Source of the DNA: Antedon mediterranea
Lineage: Eukaryota > Animalia > Echinodermata
Assembly (NCBI RefSeq): GCF_964355755.1
Contig: NC_092670.1
Span: 26,708,795 to 26,772,794, forward strand
Direction of reading: 5' to 3'
Length of the DNA stretch: 64,000 nt
Shown here: piece by piece, positions 59,864-64,000 of the stretch
How positions within the stretch are numbered: position 1 is the stretch's first letter
Layout of the letters: each line of letters opens with the position of its first letter
The notes under the pieces: generated by a model
Seen by the model: only the letters and a program-made list of their open reading frames with translations
The model's database searches: none
What the model was told of the DNA's origin: nothing
Translations under genes and position numbers: made by a program

Positions 59864-61009
59864 TGTAGATGTTTAGTTAGAATAAATAACAAAAGTGTGC
59901 TTATATTTAATGCAACCGATACGTTCACTATCCAGGTAGGTATACAGGTCTCATGCAGTTAGTAGCTTATCCTTGCGACATGCTATCACAGGTAAGCGAG
60001 TACTGTATCTAAAAACGAATACGTGTGAGAGCTCCGCTCAAACACGTCTGCACTCGACGAAGGACAATGTATTTCTGCGTTTACAAAATTGCCAGGAGTG
60101 CGCAGATTTTTGCGCGCGCACTGCGCGTTAAATGTTATTGCGCACTCTTTTTGCCCGATTTCTGTTTTCTTGACTTACTTTTCAACTCGAAATTACGTTA
60201 TACGAGCACGTCAAAAGTGACAGGCTACGCACGTGTAAATTAAAAAAATATAAATGTTTTTAAACATTTCAACATTTTTAAACATGTTCAGTAATTTCGG
60301 TCAGTTGGTAGGTTGGTCGGTCGGTCGGTCGGTAAACACTAATGAGCACGCGACTGCAGCCATCTATATGGCCTTGTTACATATAGGACATGTACCATCA
60401 TTATCTTCTTCCCATATAGATTAAGTGCAAGTGTATTTGATCTTGCCTTAAATTTAAGACTTGCCCCTAAGAAATCTAATTTATCTAAAAGATACGGTTC
60501 TATATATGGCGTGGATTTAAGTGTGACATAATTCATCAATGAAGTTTTCTTTCTGGCTTGGTCAAAAATTTGGATACCATCAATACTTTTAATTATATTT
60601 TTTGAAATGTTTACCCATTGATTGTTAGTATCTGTCGTTAATTTAAACCTGTGGCTCATTCCACACGAGTCTAGAGTATTTTGCATATGGTTGTACCATT
60701 TCCACTTAAATGTAGACGTATGACCAATGAATAGCATTGCACTAAAAACCAATTTGGGCCATCGACTCATATCCATCTTTACTAAACGATTTAAGAAATC
60801 AATTCGTTGCATGTCTTGAATAGTTGAAATAGACTTCCAATCTTGATCACCGTACAAAGCTTCCTTACAAGTTGTACGTGGTGCTTTGAGTATCGCCTTT
60901 GCCATTTGGGTTTTTTCAAGATTTTGAATATCACTTATACCACCACAGACATATTATATATATATACATATTATATATATTTATATAGATGCGTTGAGGA
61001 AGCAAAAGT

Positions 61010-61508
61010 GCTCAATTGTATATTAAAGCAGATCCCGGCAGGAGTTAATAAGCGTATAAGTCAATTATCAAGCGACGAAGAAACATTCGAAAACACCAAG
61101 CAACTATACAGCGAAGCACTTCGAACAAGCGGACACAAAGATAACTTACTCTACACCCACCACTCCGCATCCGGTATAAGAAGAAACAGAGGGAGAAACC
61201 CACCATTCAGTACGAACATTAAGACAAATGTCACACGAACCTTTTTACAATTAATTAAAAAACATTTTCCCAATGGACACGTATTACATAAAATATTTAA
61301 TAAGAACAATGTTAAAGTAAGCTATAGTTGTATGCCATGTGTAAAAAATGTAATTAGCAAGCATAACCACAATGTACTGAACCCCCATACAGAACGAGAA
61401 AGTGCGTGCAATTGCCGCAACAAACCCGAATGCCCCCTAAATGGTTCATGCCTCGCATCTGAAATTGTCTACCAACGTCATAACAAATAACGAAACTAAG
61501 ACATATAT
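61010..61508 (+). pseudogene. Penelope-like element fragment (Naiad-like linker and start of GIY-YIG)
   Basis: ILKQIP..VNKRISQLSS, NPPFS, KHFP, KIFNKNNVKVSYSCMP, CNCRNKPECPLNGSC..EIVY. Confidence 0.75.
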
Positions 61509-64000
61509 TCATTCATTCATTCATTCAGGCTTATCGCCTGACTTTATTTACTTTAGGCCTCTGGCCCCTAGTAATTAACAAAATAATAATTACATTGAAA
61601 AATAAAGCAATTTATGGTCACAAGATAAATGAATTAATTAATTTCGTTCTCTAAGCAAAACATATATCTTAACTTATAAGCATGATAAATATATTTAGAT
61701 AGATTATCAATAATTATTGGATCCTGTGATGACATTAAACGACAGAATTTAAAAGTATTTGGATTTTCAAAAAATAAAGAAGGTATAAATTTTTTTTCTG
61801 ATTTCCTTGTAACGAGAGCAAACTGTAACAAAATGATATTCATCTTCAACTTCATTTATATTACATATTGTACATAACCTATTGCTGCGCTCTATTCTTT
61901 TCCATCTTCCCCTTTCTACCTCTAGTTGAAGTGTGCCCAGTCTTAGTTGACTTAAAGCTCGCTTATATCTAGTATCATCAAGGGTCTGTAGTAAGTATCC
62001 ATCTACTCCGAAATTGTTTTTGAACATTTTATAGTATCTTAATTTTGAAGAAATATTTATGCTTTCAAGAAAGGATTGGCGTTCCATATCGGTTAGCCTT
62101 TCTTTTATTTTATTAACTATATAAAATTTATCAAGGACATTATTTTGTGAAAACCATATTTTTCCATGACCAATAGAGCATAACATATGTTTTACATCGC
62201 TTACCCAACAATTACTATTATTTTGCGCTTTATGAAGTTGAGATTTATAACATTTCTTCGCATATTTGTCCTCGTTCATATTTACTAGTCTTACCCAATA
62301 ACGGATAACATTGAGTACACTTTCGATTGATAAAGAGAATCGTCCACATTCTCCTCTAATTGAAACATTTGTGGCTGATTTCCCGACCCCTAAAACATAT
62401 CTACAGAAATTATTTTGAATATCATCAATTTTGTTGTTGTTTAGTTTTCCCCATATTTCAGTATAATTGGGTTTATTTTAACATCAAATAAGTAGTTCCA
62501 AATATTCACTGGTAGACGTCCATATTTCTGATATATTATATTTTTGAGTGAGAAAAGTGCTTTATTAGCCTGTGTATTATTTTGTTCTCTGGCCTTTTCC
62601 CAATTTCCTGAACAATCGAAAGTGACTCAAAGATATTTAAGAGATTTTACTATTTCAATTTCTTTACCAAGATAATTCCACTTTTCGTAGTTCTTAAGTT
62701 TTCAATTTTTTTTAAATACTATTATTTTACTTTTTTCAATGTTAACTACCAATCCCCACCTATTACAATAATATGCTAGTTTATTTAAAAGACTAAAAAC
62801 TAGATCATCTGCATACAGTAGGTGATTAATATTTATGTTATCAATTTTTATTTTGTTTCGATTTTCAGCAGTATGTAATAACTCAGTTATATCATTAATA
62901 AAAATATTAAATAATAATGAAGATAAAGGTGACCCTTGTTGTATTCCTACTTCACATTTAAAGGATTCTCCAATTTTGTTGCCAACCTTTACATGCCCTT
63001 TTAATTTACTATACATTGTTTTTATAACTTTGATTATTTTACCTTTTATACCAGATTTTCTTAGTTTACTTATAAGGAAATCGTGTCTAATAGAATCGAA
63101 AGCGCGTTTTAAATCTATAAACGCCATGTACACAGTTCCTCGTTTTTTTTGAGAGATATTTGTTAACAATTGTGTCTAAAATAAATATGTTATCAATAGT
63201 ACGACAATCTTTTCTAAACCCTCCCTGTTCTTGATGTAATATTTCATTTTCTTCTGTCCATTTGCTTAATCTATTGCTTATAATGTATAAAAACACCTTG
63301 CCTAAAGTGGATATTAAGGATACGCCTCTATAATTTGCTGGTTGATCTCTTTTGCCCTTTTTAAATATAGGAATAATAATGCTTGTTGCCCATTGTTGGG
63401 GAAAATTTCCAGGGGTAAAAATACTATTAAAAATTTTCGTAATTGCGCTAATAGCAGCATTTGGGATACAAGTAAAAAATTCAATTGGGAATCCATCAAT
63501 ACCTGGAGCTTTACTCCTTTTCTGTGCTTTAATTGCATAACTTACCTATTCCCGGCTGATTTCTTCATTGTAACAATCGTTATGTTCGCAATTGTTATCG
63601 TTATCGTCTTCTATATTGATTTCTTGTATATTATTTGTTTGATTTTGGAACATAGTTTTGAAGTAATCATGCCATTTTTTAAGTGTAATGTTTGTCACGT
63701 TTTGTCGTCGTTTGGTTTTAAGGTTTTTCCAAAATTTTGTACTGTTATGTTCCTTTATTAACCTGATTAATTTTTGTTGGGATGAATTTTTATGTTTATT
63801 TTTTTTAAATTTTATTAATTTTTTATAACTCCTTTTCTTTAACAGATTTTCCTTTAATAGGGTGTTAGTTTTGTATTTTCTATATTTATTAAGAATGCTA
63901 CGAATAATAATTTTCTTTTTTTTGCATTGACGATCAAACCATGTATTCTTGGGCAATTTTGTGCATTTTTTTTGTATTTGTGTTTGTTTTTTTGTATTTA
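61509..64000 (-). mobile_element. RTEX-like LINE, RT and C-terminal CCHC, frameshifted; continues beyond the window
   Basis: QGGFRK, FIDLKRAFDS, QGSPLS, YADD, LGVGKSATNVSIRGECGRF, CTIC..EDEYHF..C; (TGAA)n tail. Confidence 0.85.

Larger units (their letters stand above)
47616..60076 (-). mobile_element. Essentially full-length CR1-group (Crack-like) LINE whose 3' UTR carries Helitron and Penelope insertions
   Basis: 5' end with GTCGAGTGCAGACGTGTTTGAGCGGAGCTC, ORF1, ORF2, 3' hairpin and (TTATCTGAA)-type tail at about 47620; candidate TSD GCGTTT. Confidence 0.78.
47198..60378 (+). mobile_element. HINE family B copy split by a LINE (47198-47615 + 60077-60378)
   Basis: 5' palindrome and microsatellite at 47198-47270; 3' subTIR/hairpin at 60348-60378; halves collinear with the reverse complement of 46150-46750. 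Confidence 0.72.
46800..60930 (-). pseudogene. 3' fragment of an RTEX-like LINE split by the nested stack (60930-60379 + 47197-46800)
   Basis: KAPRTTCKEALYGD, RWPK; CCHC knuckle GTCPIC|NDKEDIIHFMFKC is rejoined across the HINE insertion. Confidence 0.7.

Overview
Eukaryotic, AT-rich metazoan genomic DNA, probably a marine invertebrate (echinoderm-like; inference). No prokaryotic operon or CRISPR system is present. The left half (1.4-33.0 kb, minus strand) carries 13 phase-consistent GT-AG coding exons (1703 nt, 567 codons) of a centromere protein I (CENP-I/Mis6) gene that runs off the left edge, with a cell-cycle-type promoter near 33.24 kb. Introns and the right half are almost entirely transposable elements: L2, CR1-group, RTEX-like and Ingi/Vingi-like LINEs, two Penelope-like clades, a young Mag-type Gypsy LTR element, an XPG-type Academ transposon, hAT elements with 5- and 6-bp TSDs, Harbinger derivatives, Helitrons and Helentron-type HINEs. 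The most notable observations are: (i) a five-level nested TE stack at 46.8-60.9 kb whose junctions can be read and whose host reading frames are restored when inserts are removed; (ii) a single-ORF LINE with hydrophobic leader, 2A-like GDVHPNPGP, PHD, APE and RT, capped by a perfect 29 x 16-bp array; (iii) 20-35 bp CA..TG palindromes with 7-bp TSDs clustered at the CENP-I promoter that look like P/Galileo excision footprints; (iv) minimal hammerhead ribozymes. All family calls come from motif recognition by eye, not database searches.
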